Under the pieces are notes generated by a model. That model saw only the letters and a list, made by a program, of their open reading frames with translations. It was not told the origin of the DNA and ran no database searches. A stretch of 64,000 bases of DNA, from positions 1,776 through 65,775 of the forward strand of contig CAUUCP010000006.1 of assembly GCA_963543925.1 (NCBI GenBank), written 5' to 3'. How positions within the stretch are numbered: the stretch's first letter is position 1; each line of letters begins with the position of its first letter. A program made the translations under genes and the position numbers. Shown piece after piece: positions 39,364-47,223 of the stretch. This stretch comes from an uncultured Bacteroidia bacterium. Its GTDB lineage: Bacteria > Bacteroidota > Bacteroidia > Bacteroidales > CAJPTX01.

Positions 39364-41295
39364 ATGAAAGAGTTCTTTTTACGTATTGTCAAGGCGTTGT
39401 ATGGGCGTTGGAGAGAGGTCAGATCGCGTGTCCTGACCATGGGGAGTCTCATTGTCTTCCTCGGCGTGTGTTTTTTTATCTTCGGACGTCTGGTACATAT
39501 GGAGTCTTACAAACAGTTGTCGCGAACGTTGGAGAGCTTTTCCCAGAAGTTCGCACAGACGCTTGAAATGCTAGATCTGGATGTGAAGCGGCTTGACTCT
39601 GCAAAGTATGAGGAACTCAGAATTTTGTTCCGAGACCCCATGTTTGGCAATACGGGCTATCCGTTTGTCTTACAGACGACGGGACAAATCAATTTCCATT
39701 TCTTCCGAGACGGGGACAGGCTTTCTAGAGAGGTCCTCGACCAGATGGCTTCTACACCAGGACGTCGCGGAAGAATCCGAATTAACTTCGGAACAACAGA
39801 AGAAATGGAGAGAGAAATTGTCTTCTGTTTTAGTCGCGATTTGGATTGCTTTCTCGCTATTGAGGTCTCGGACAAGGTCTTTGAGGCTACTTTGAATGGG
39901 CTTCGCATTTATAGCTGGTTACTCTTCTTGGCTGGATGTTTACTGGTCTGGTTCTTCTTTAATTATAATACGAGGAAGTCTGTGGCCTTTTATACGATCT
40001 TGCAGAAAAACTTGTCAGATTTGGCTGTCGGGATCTTGCCTCCTCCTTTCCCTACGGAGAAGGAAGAACGTCCTGAAATGGAGCTAATCGCGAAGAAGTT
40101 TAATCAAGTTATTGGAAATCTGGAGACAACAACTTCTTTTGTACAACGCATGGCTGATAACGATTTGACATCGGAGTATCAACCCTTAGGTCTGAGAGAT
40201 GAGTTGGGGAACACGCTTCTTGCATTGCGAGAGAATCTGCAAAAACAAGAGAGTGAAGCCGCACACATTAAAGAAGAAGAGCGTATACGAAGCTGGAGTA
40301 ATGAGGGATTGGCTGAGTTCGCAAAACTCTTGAGAGAGAATAGTAATGACATCTCGCAGTTGGCAGACATCGTATTGCAACGAATTGTCAATTATCTCGA
40401 TGCTACGCAGGGGGGACTCTTTATCGCAGAAATGCATGATAATGAGACTGTATTGCGTTTAGCCGCGGCCTTCGCTTACAATCGAAAGAAATATTTGGAG
40501 CAGGAACTACGTCTGGGCGAGGGCTTGGTGGGAACATGTGCTATCGAGCGTGAGATTGTACATATTGATGTCTTACCTCCCGAGTATTGTGACATCACGT
40601 CTGGGATTGGAAATGTGCCGCCAAAGGAATTGTTGATTGTGCCATTGAAAACCGATGATGCGCTACTGGGGGTATTGGAATTGGCTTCCTTAAAGGGCTT
40701 TGCGCCGTACATGGTCAATTTCGCACAGCGCCTCTCTGTGAGTATCGCGCAAACATTACAACAGGTACAGAGTACGCAGCGCACGGAAGAGCTTTTGCGA
40801 CAGTCACAAGAACAGCGGGAGGCGATGCGTTCGCAGGAAGAGGAAATGCGTCAGAATCTCGAGGAAATGCAAGCGACCCAAGAGGAGATGACGCGTAGAA
40901 CGCAAGAATTTGAAGTCTTGCAGCACGTGATCGACACATCACTCTTTTATGCAGAATTCTCAGAAAGTGGTAACTATTTACACGGCAATCCGCGTCTAGA
41001 GGATTATCTTCATCAGTTGGGATTTGCAGACTTCGCAACTCTTGATTTCTTCAAATTAATTCACGTGATCCAGAGTCAAGAAGGGCATTCCGAATCATTG
41101 GAGACGCTATGGAAGCAGATCGTAGGCGGGAGTGTGCGGACGCGCCTGCTCGCGATGAATGTCGCACAATCAGAGCTCCTCTATTGTTCTTTCTCCGTAT
41201 TGTCTCCCGATGGAGTGAATCGAGTTTATATGATAGCGCAGAATATCTCGTCCGTCGTGATGGATTCCATGTTAGCATACAACCAGAATTCGTAA
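39364..41295 (+). CDS. membrane sensor TM-periplasmic-TM-HAMP-GAF-coiled coil-PAS-like, no output domain (candidate methyl-accepting protein)
   Basis: TM1 LIVFLGVCFFIFG, TM2 [37 protein letters not shown]...GEGLVGTCAIEREIVHI, coil RSQEEEMRQNLEEMQATQEEM. Paralog of 1..2063. Confidence 0.8.
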   Translation: MKEFFLRIVKALYGRWREVRSRVLTMGSLIVFLGVCFFIFGRLVHMESYKQLSRTLESFSQKFAQTLEMLDLDVKRLDSAKYEELRILFRDPMFGNTGYPFVLQTTGQINFHFFRDGDRLSREVLDQMASTPGRRGRIRINFGTTEEMEREIVFCFSRDLDCFLAIEVSDKVFEATLNGLRIYSWLLFLAGCLLVWFFFNYNTRKSVAFYTILQKNLSDLAVGILPPPFPTEKEERPEMELIAKKFNQVIGNLETTTSFVQRMADNDLTSEYQPLGLRDELGNTLLALRENLQKQESEAAHIKEEERIRSWSNEGLAEFAKLLRENSNDISQLADIVLQRIVNYLDATQGGLFIAEMHDNETVLRLAAAFAYNRKKYLEQELRLGEGLVGTCAIEREIVHIDVLPPEYCDITSGIGNVPPKELLIVPLKTDDALLGVLELASLKGFAPYMVNFAQRLSVSIAQTLQQVQSTQRTEELLRQSQEQREAMRSQEEEMRQNLEEMQATQEEMTRRTQEFEVLQHVIDTSLFYAEFSESGNYLHGNPRLEDYLHQLGFADFATLDFFKLIHVIQSQEGHSESLETLWKQIVGGSVRTRLLAMNVAQSELLYCSFSVLSPDGVNRVYMIAQNISSVVMDSMLAYNQNS

Positions 41296-41296
41296 A

Positions 41297-42136
41297 ATGT
41301 ACGTTCCAGAATTTCAGGATCTAGGGATCAAGGAGACGCGAATGGTTGTTGCAGCGATTCGTGCAGGGCACAATGACGATTTTACGGATTTCAATCTCGG
41401 AATCTTGAGTCGCCGTTTTGCAATGGTGATGAATAGACTTGGAGTGCGTCAGGTTGATGGGTTATGCAATGTGCTCGCTTCGGGCGATGATGTGTTTTAT
41501 AACCGTTTCTTAGCAGAGTTGATCCCTCCAACGACCGAGCTCTTTCGTGATCCCTCCTTCTGGAAATTCCTGAAAGAGGAGGTGCTTCCCTTATTGTTGC
41601 GTCAATTTGGGGAGTTACGTGTGCTACAAGCTGCTTGTGGATCGGGCGAAGAGCTCTATTCGTTGTTGATACTTTTACATCTCCTCAAAATTCGAGAACA
41701 GGTAGAGGTCACATGTACGTATTGCTGTGAGCAAAATCTGTCGCAGATTCGCGGGGGGGGGATGCCAGTTAGGAGACGAGAGCTTGACGAGAATAATTTC
41801 CATGTGATCGAGGCGCAGGGGGAGTATGAACAATTTGTTTCCGCAGAGAATGAGTCTCCTGTATTTCGTCAAGAATTTTTAGAGGAGGTTCGTTTTTTCA
41901 GACAGACACCAGAGTTTAACTTGCAGAAAGAGGGGACGTTTCATCTTATCTTGTGTCGAAATCAGTTCCTCTATTTTAATCCTCAACTCGGGATTCGAAA
42001 TATGGAAGTGTTGTTCCGATCACTTGTCGTAGGGGGCGTTTTAGCGCTGGGAACAAAAGAGCACTTGGAAAGTTATCAGAATGGTAGTACATTTACAGTA
42101 CTAAACGGGGACGAGAGTCTTTATAGAAGGAAGTAG
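41297..42136 (+). CDS. divergent CheR-like methyltransferase
   Basis: TTELFRDPSFW, LQAACGSGEELYS, LILCRNQFLYFN. The motif order is as in CheR, but the central region has diverged. Confidence 0.72.
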   Translation: MYVPEFQDLGIKETRMVVAAIRAGHNDDFTDFNLGILSRRFAMVMNRLGVRQVDGLCNVLASGDDVFYNRFLAELIPPTTELFRDPSFWKFLKEEVLPLLLRQFGELRVLQAACGSGEELYSLLILLHLLKIREQVEVTCTYCCEQNLSQIRGGGMPVRRRELDENNFHVIEAQGEYEQFVSAENESPVFRQEFLEEVRFFRQTPEFNLQKEGTFHLILCRNQFLYFNPQLGIRNMEVLFRSLVVGGVLALGTKEHLESYQNGSTFTVLNGDESLYRRK

Positions 42137-42138
42137 TA

Positions 42139-42708
42139 GTGGCAACTCGTTACAAAGTGGTGGTTATTGGCGGTTCGGCTGGTAGTTTTCAGGTGGTGGT
42201 ACGCATCTTGCAATCGCTGCCCAGCACTTTTTCATTGCCAATTATCTTGTGTCTGCACCGTCTCAAGCACGTCCGGTCTGGTTTTGAGGAGGCTCTCTCT
42301 TTGCGATCTGCAATCCCCGTGATGGAGCCATTTGACAAGGAAAATATCCGGGCGAGAGTGGCTTATTTGGCTCCCTCCAACTATCATTTATTTGTCGAAT
42401 TGGGAAATCGCTTCTGTCTCTCCACAGAGGAGGTCGTAAATCATTCACGTCCGTCAATTGATTTAACCTTTTTCTCCGTGGCGCGTGTATATAGAGAACA
42501 TGCACTCGGTATCATCCTCTCGGGAGCGAATCGAGATGGCGCCATGGGGTTGGCGCGCTTAAAAAAGATGGGCGGTACAGCGCTTGTTCAGAATCCGCTC
42601 GAATGTGAGGTGAGGACTATGACCGAAGCCTCTTTACAATTGACGCCAGTCGATGGAGTACTCTCTACCGATGGGATTATTCAGTACCTGAAAGATTTGT
42701 GTGTGTAA
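42139..42708 (+). CDS. cheB: CheB methylesterase catalytic domain (no receiver domain)
   Basis: VVVIGGSAGSFQ (Ser), ILCLHR (His), SGANRDGAMG (Asp) in canonical order. Length is 189 aa. GTG start 2 nt after the cheR2 stop. Confidence 0.82.
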   Translation: MATRYKVVVIGGSAGSFQVVVRILQSLPSTFSLPIILCLHRLKHVRSGFEEALSLRSAIPVMEPFDKENIRARVAYLAPSNYHLFVELGNRFCLSTEEVVNHSRPSIDLTFFSVARVYREHALGIILSGANRDGAMGLARLKKMGGTALVQNPLECEVRTMTEASLQLTPVDGVLSTDGIIQYLKDLCV

Positions 42709-42711
42709 GTC

Positions 42712-43503
42712 ATGGGAAAGAGTGAAGTGAAGCGACTGCGTAGTTTGCGCCAATATCTGCTGATTAGCCTTTCTTTTCTCTTTAGTGGGGGGGTAATCTT
42801 GTTGTCTTTTAGACCAGAAGAGGGGTTGGCGATGCGCTATTGGGCTGTGGTGCTCTTGAGTATTGCGTTGGTGGCGGTCTTGGTATATCAGATTCGAGTG
42901 ATTCAGGGGGAGATTGAACGACGTGAGGAGGGGGAGGCTATTATCCAAAGCTTGTTGGGAGAAAAAGAGGAGTTGGAATATCAGTTACAACAATTGCAAG
43001 ACGCGCAGACTCAGAGTGTACAGGATACCAGAGATCGAGATCAGCAACTCTCTGATCTTGTCAATGCTGTGAGCGGAGAATCGCGTGATTCTTTCCTTGA
43101 TTCTTATTTCCGGCAGGTGGGCTATCATTGGGGGTTGATGCAAGGGCTCTTGTTCGAGGTGCAAGAGGATGAGGTGTATCGAGTAACGGCGCGTTATGCT
43201 TATTTTAGTTCTGCGGCAGATTTGGAGTTCCGAGTCGGAGAAACTCTTTTGGGGCAGGTGGTAAAAGACAAACAACCACTTTTCTTAGAAAACGTTGAGA
43301 GTGAGACTATTATCGTGGCCTCTGGAACAGGAAGTTCCAAACCATGTAGCTTGTATATGATCCCCGTTATGGCTGGTGGAGATGGAAAGTCTGCATTAGG
43401 GATCTTTGAATTGGCTTTTGTGAAAGAGTTGGACTTGGGCGCTCGGGATATGTTGTTGCGTTTTACCGATCGCATTGTCCAAGAGATTGAAAAGAGGTTC
43501 TAA
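42712..43503 (+). CDS. membrane-anchored coiled-coil GAF-domain protein
   Basis: Two TM helices, a coiled coil (EELEYQLQQLQDAQ), and a GAF-like C-terminus (VGETLLGQVVKDKQPLFLENV...IPVMAGG). Confidence 0.65.
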   Translation: MGKSEVKRLRSLRQYLLISLSFLFSGGVILLSFRPEEGLAMRYWAVVLLSIALVAVLVYQIRVIQGEIERREEGEAIIQSLLGEKEELEYQLQQLQDAQTQSVQDTRDRDQQLSDLVNAVSGESRDSFLDSYFRQVGYHWGLMQGLLFEVQEDEVYRVTARYAYFSSAADLEFRVGETLLGQVVKDKQPLFLENVESETIIVASGTGSSKPCSLYMIPVMAGGDGKSALGIFELAFVKELDLGARDMLLRFTDRIVQEIEKRF

Positions 43504-46133
43504 TGGATAAGGTTACGGTCTCCTCTGTGCTCAAGTTCTGGAAGTGGCATTTGAGATCTCGCGATATCGGGATCGCGATGCTGCTCTTTTGCGTCAGTAT
43601 CTTTTTGCTGGCGATGTGTTGGGTCTTGGCCGCCGCCACCCTTAACGGAGAATTCAGTTTCTCCACTCTCCTTTCATTGCATGAAAAACAGCCCTTGCTT
43701 TTCTTGATAGATCTTTTCCCGTTTGCTGTCGCGTTGGGATTTCTCTTTGTACAGTCGAGAAACGCCCAGCAGATTTATCTTTTAGAAAAACAAAATGCCG
43801 AGCAGAGGCTTAGTATTGAGGAAAAAGCGGATTTTGCAACGGCTATCGGAGATGGTAAGTACGACGCCTCCCTTGAGCTACAGGGGGGGGAAGATCGCCT
43901 AGGAACTTCGTTATTGCGCATGCGAGACAATCTCCTTGCTAATACGCAAAAGGAGAATGAACACTCTTGGGTGGCGCGAGGAAAGGAGGATATCGCGTAC
44001 GTTCTTCGTATGTACACCAATTTACAAGAGTTGGGGTATGAGGTCTTGAAGAAGCTGGTCGCTTACATTAATGTCGTGCAGGGGGGACTCTTCTTGTATG
44101 ATGAAGAGAAAGAACGTTTATTTGGTTTGGCAACCTATGCTTATAACAGAGAAAAGTTGAATCATCTCGAATTTGCACTAGGTGAGGGGCTTGTCGGGCA
44201 GTGTGCTTATGAGCGTGGTATCATTTATCGCACAGAGATCCCAGAGGACTATGTGACGATTACCTCTGGAGTCTTGGGAGATGCAAGACCCAAAAGTATT
44301 CTCCTCGTGCCCTTGATTACCGATGAACGATTACAGGGGGTTATTGAATTTGCTTCGATTCAGGAGGCGTTTAGCGAACGCGATATTCGTTTCTTGGAAG
44401 AGGTCGGAGAAACCATCGCTAGGGTGGTCTTCAACCTCCGAATTAGTCAAAAAACAGAAGCGCTGTTGCACGAGGCGCAACAGATGACGATCGAGCTCCG
44501 TGCGAATGAAGATCTTCTGCGTCAAAATGCAGAGGAAATGCAGAAAACGCATGAAGAGTTGGAACGTTCGAATATCCAACTTGAGGCTAAGATAAAGGAG
44601 GCTGAGAATGCTCAAAAACGTCTCCATTCTCTTCTGGAGAATGCGAGCGAGGTTATCACCATTTATAACAAGGAGCAAAATATTACCTACATCAGTCCAT
44701 CTGTTACTACGATCTTGGGGTATACGCCACAGGAGATGATGGATGGAAAGGATCGGGAACGTTTGACTCAGGAGGGGGTACGGATTTTGGATAAGATGTT
44801 TGCAAGTCTCATCTCTACCCCGCATGAAGCGGTAACATGCCAGTACATCTTTATGAAGAAGGATGGTGTGAAGGTCTTTATGGAGGTGACTGGGCGTAAT
44901 CTGTTGGAAGATCCTGCAATTCGTGGACTTATATTAAACTCTCGAGATATTACCGAACGACTCCGAGCAGAAAAAGAGGAACGCATGAAGAGCAAGATGC
45001 AATCCCTTTCGGAGAATTCGGTGGACATGATTATCCGTCTGAATCCCGACGGGCAGTTCTTCTATGCCAATCCTATTGTGGCTCGTTTCTTTGGAGTCCC
45101 AGTGACTGAGGTGGTTGATAGAAATCTTTTCGAAGTTAATATGCCCGAGATCCTCCGGGAGAGTATCGCACATTCTATACAAACTGTAGTCTCTACGCAA
45201 GCAAAATGGGAACAGGAGGTCTCTATTGAGCGTGAGAATGAACGTTTAATTCTGAAATTGTTAGCTATTCCAGAATTTGATGAAGGGCAGTTGGAGACGA
45301 TTCTTTTAGTAGGGCATGATGTGACCGAAGCTAAGAGGATTGAGAACGAAATTCAGGAGAAGAGTCATAAGATTCAGGAAAGTATTAATTATGCTAAGAG
45401 GATTCAGTCGTCCATTCTGCCCGATATGAAGTTGATACAACAGTACTTCCCAAAATCATTTATGTATTATCGACCACGGGATGTGGTCAGTGGCGATTTC
45501 CCTTGGATCTTTGTAAAAGGGGATAATATCTTTATTGCGGCCGTTGACTGTACGGGGCACGGAGTGCCAGGAGCGCTTTTGTCGTTTATTGGCTTCTTTA
45601 CGCTTAATAACGTTGTCGATCACGATGCCTCTTATAGCGCAGGGAAGGTTCTCGATTTGTTGCATGCAGGGGTTCGTAAAACTCTGCGTCAGGAACGAGC
45701 GGATGCCGATGCGCGAGATGGGATGGATATCGCTCTTTGTAAGATCGATTTGAAGCACATGCATATGGAGTATGCGGGGGCACATCGTCCTCTCTATTTT
45801 GTCCGTGGAAATACGCTGGAGGAATACAAGGGCGATCGGAGAGCAATCGGAGGAATTCCGAATGCTCGTAAGCCAGAAGGAGAGTTTACAAATTATAGCT
45901 TGGATTTAGAGGCAGGGGATAGAATCTTCTTTTTCTCCGATGGTTTACCAGACCAACAAGGGGGAGAGAGTGGACAGAAAAAGTACAGCCCACAGCATAT
46001 TCGGGAAGTATTAGTTGAACAGCGAGAACTCTCGATGGCTCGTTTAGCGCAATTTATCGAAGAAGATTTCTTGCGTCATCGGGGGCTTTGGAAACAAATG
46101 GATGATGTCTTGCTGATAGGTATAGAGTTCTAA
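43503..46133 (+). CDS. TM-GAF-coiled coil-PAS-PAS-PP2C (SpoIIE/RsbU/SiaA-like) Ser/Thr phosphatase
   Basis: GAF GEGLVGQCAYERGIIY, coil LRQNAEEMQKTHEEL, two PAS-like modules, and a PP2C domain with VSGDFPW...AAVDCTGHGVPGALLS...FFFSDGLPDQ. TAATG overlap with the upstream gene. Confidence 0.85.
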   Translation: MDKVTVSSVLKFWKWHLRSRDIGIAMLLFCVSIFLLAMCWVLAAATLNGEFSFSTLLSLHEKQPLLFLIDLFPFAVALGFLFVQSRNAQQIYLLEKQNAEQRLSIEEKADFATAIGDGKYDASLELQGGEDRLGTSLLRMRDNLLANTQKENEHSWVARGKEDIAYVLRMYTNLQELGYEVLKKLVAYINVVQGGLFLYDEEKERLFGLATYAYNREKLNHLEFALGEGLVGQCAYERGIIYRTEIPEDYVTITSGVLGDARPKSILLVPLITDERLQGVIEFASIQEAFSERDIRFLEEVGETIARVVFNLRISQKTEALLHEAQQMTIELRANEDLLRQNAEEMQKTHEELERSNIQLEAKIKEAENAQKRLHSLLENASEVITIYNKEQNITYISPSVTTILGYTPQEMMDGKDRERLTQEGVRILDKMFASLISTPHEAVTCQYIFMKKDGVKVFMEVTGRNLLEDPAIRGLILNSRDITERLRAEKEERMKSKMQSLSENSVDMIIRLNPDGQFFYANPIVARFFGVPVTEVVDRNLFEVNMPEILRESIAHSIQTVVSTQAKWEQEVSIERENERLILKLLAIPEFDEGQLETILLVGHDVTEAKRIENEIQEKSHKIQESINYAKRIQSSILPDMKLIQQYFPKSFMYYRPRDVVSGDFPWIFVKGDNIFIAAVDCTGHGVPGALLSFIGFFTLNNVVDHDASYSAGKVLDLLHAGVRKTLRQERADADARDGMDIALCKIDLKHMHMEYAGAHRPLYFVRGNTLEEYKGDRRAIGGIPNARKPEGEFTNYSLDLEAGDRIFFFSDGLPDQQGGESGQKKYSPQHIREVLVEQRELSMARLAQFIEEDFLRHRGLWKQMDDVLLIGIEF

Positions 46134-46164
46134 TTACCTTTGATGCGGAAAAAGAGGAGTGGTC

Positions 46165-46740
46165 ATGTCGCAAGTGAATACAGATAACTATCTTGAGTTC
46201 GTAGAGCAAGAGTATCACAAACTCGGAGGTGGAGAAGTTATGCTCGCCTATGAAGGTGAGGTCTCGCAGTCGTTGATTCTCGCTTTAACAGGCTTGATTG
46301 AGTTGGAAATTGTTAAAGCTGGTGAGGAAGCAAAGTTGCAAAAACAGCTTTTTCATACACTAGTTGAAGGGTTGCAGAATATCATGAAACATGCCGATCC
46401 GCTGGAGGGTGAGAGATCCTCTATGTTCAGTGGGCGTGGTGTGCTAATGTTGGTGCGTACACAGGAGGCTTATCATGTCCTCGTTGGTAACATAGTCTTG
46501 GGTTCGCGCGTTGCTGATATGCGGGGGAGACTTGATGCCTTGATTGCAGCGAATGATGAAGAGCTTAAGGCGATGCACCGGGCTAGTTTGAGAGGAAATG
46601 AAATATCGGACAAGGGAGGGGCTGGGCTTGGACTCATTGATATGGCGAGGAAGGCAAGTTCGATAGCCTATCTCTTTGAGAAAATAAATGATGAACGTCA
46701 GTTCTATTTGTTACAGGTGAAATTATTGCGTAAGATATAA
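46165..46740 (+). CDS. SiaB/RsbW-like GHKL Ser/Thr protein kinase
   Basis: N-box VEGLQNIMKHA and G-box DKGGAGLGLIDMA. About 190 aa and placed between the PP2C and DUF1987 genes. The alternative GTG start at 46159 is also possible. Confidence 0.7.
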   Translation: MSQVNTDNYLEFVEQEYHKLGGGEVMLAYEGEVSQSLILALTGLIELEIVKAGEEAKLQKQLFHTLVEGLQNIMKHADPLEGERSSMFSGRGVLMLVRTQEAYHVLVGNIVLGSRVADMRGRLDALIAANDEELKAMHRASLRGNEISDKGGAGLGLIDMARKASSIAYLFEKINDERQFYLLQVKLLRKI

Positions 46741-46759
46741 ACGAAAGGAGTAGGAGAAA

Positions 46760-47143
46760 ATGGAGGTTATCAAAATTCAGGGTACGGACGATACCCCAAC
46801 CGTGACGTTGGAGGCAGATAAGGGACTGTTTGAGATCTCGGGTCGCTCTTTGCCAGAAGACGTAACGGCCTTTTATGCCCCCATATTAAGTTGGTTGGAT
46901 GATTATGCAGGAAGTCCAAATCCGAAGACGGTCTTTACGTTTAAGCTTGTCTATTTCAATACGGCGAGTTCGAAACTTTTGCTCGATATCTTAGTGAAAC
47001 TTGAAAAGATCCACGAGGATGGGCATGACGTCTTGGTGAAGTGGTGTTATCCAGAAGACGACGAGGATATGAAGGACGCGGGAGAAGAGTATTCCGAGAT
47101 TGTGGATATCCCATTCGAACAAGTTTCTTATGATATTGCTTAG
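46760..47143 (+). CDS. SiaC-like DUF1987 regulatory phosphoprotein
   Basis: TPTVTLEADKGLFEISGRSLPEDVTAFYAPILSWLDDY...FKLVYFNTASSKLLLDIL matches the DUF1987 pattern as recalled. Length is 127 aa. Confidence 0.75.
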   Translation: MEVIKIQGTDDTPTVTLEADKGLFEISGRSLPEDVTAFYAPILSWLDDYAGSPNPKTVFTFKLVYFNTASSKLLLDILVKLEKIHEDGHDVLVKWCYPEDDEDMKDAGEEYSEIVDIPFEQVSYDIA

Positions 47144-47223
47144 CCGTCGTCCTTGTGTTCGTGTCTAGCTTTTTCCAGTAGGTGTCCTATCTAATCGCGG
47201 CTTTTATTTGAGAGTCTTATTGC

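Noticed and set aside
39364-41295. Annotating the HAMP-GAF proteins as classical methyl-accepting chemotaxis proteins
   Set aside because: They lack the long antiparallel MCP signalling (MA) hairpin with its conserved tip. Only a short coil with an EE-x-x-AT motif is present, so they are described as candidate non-canonical methyl acceptors.
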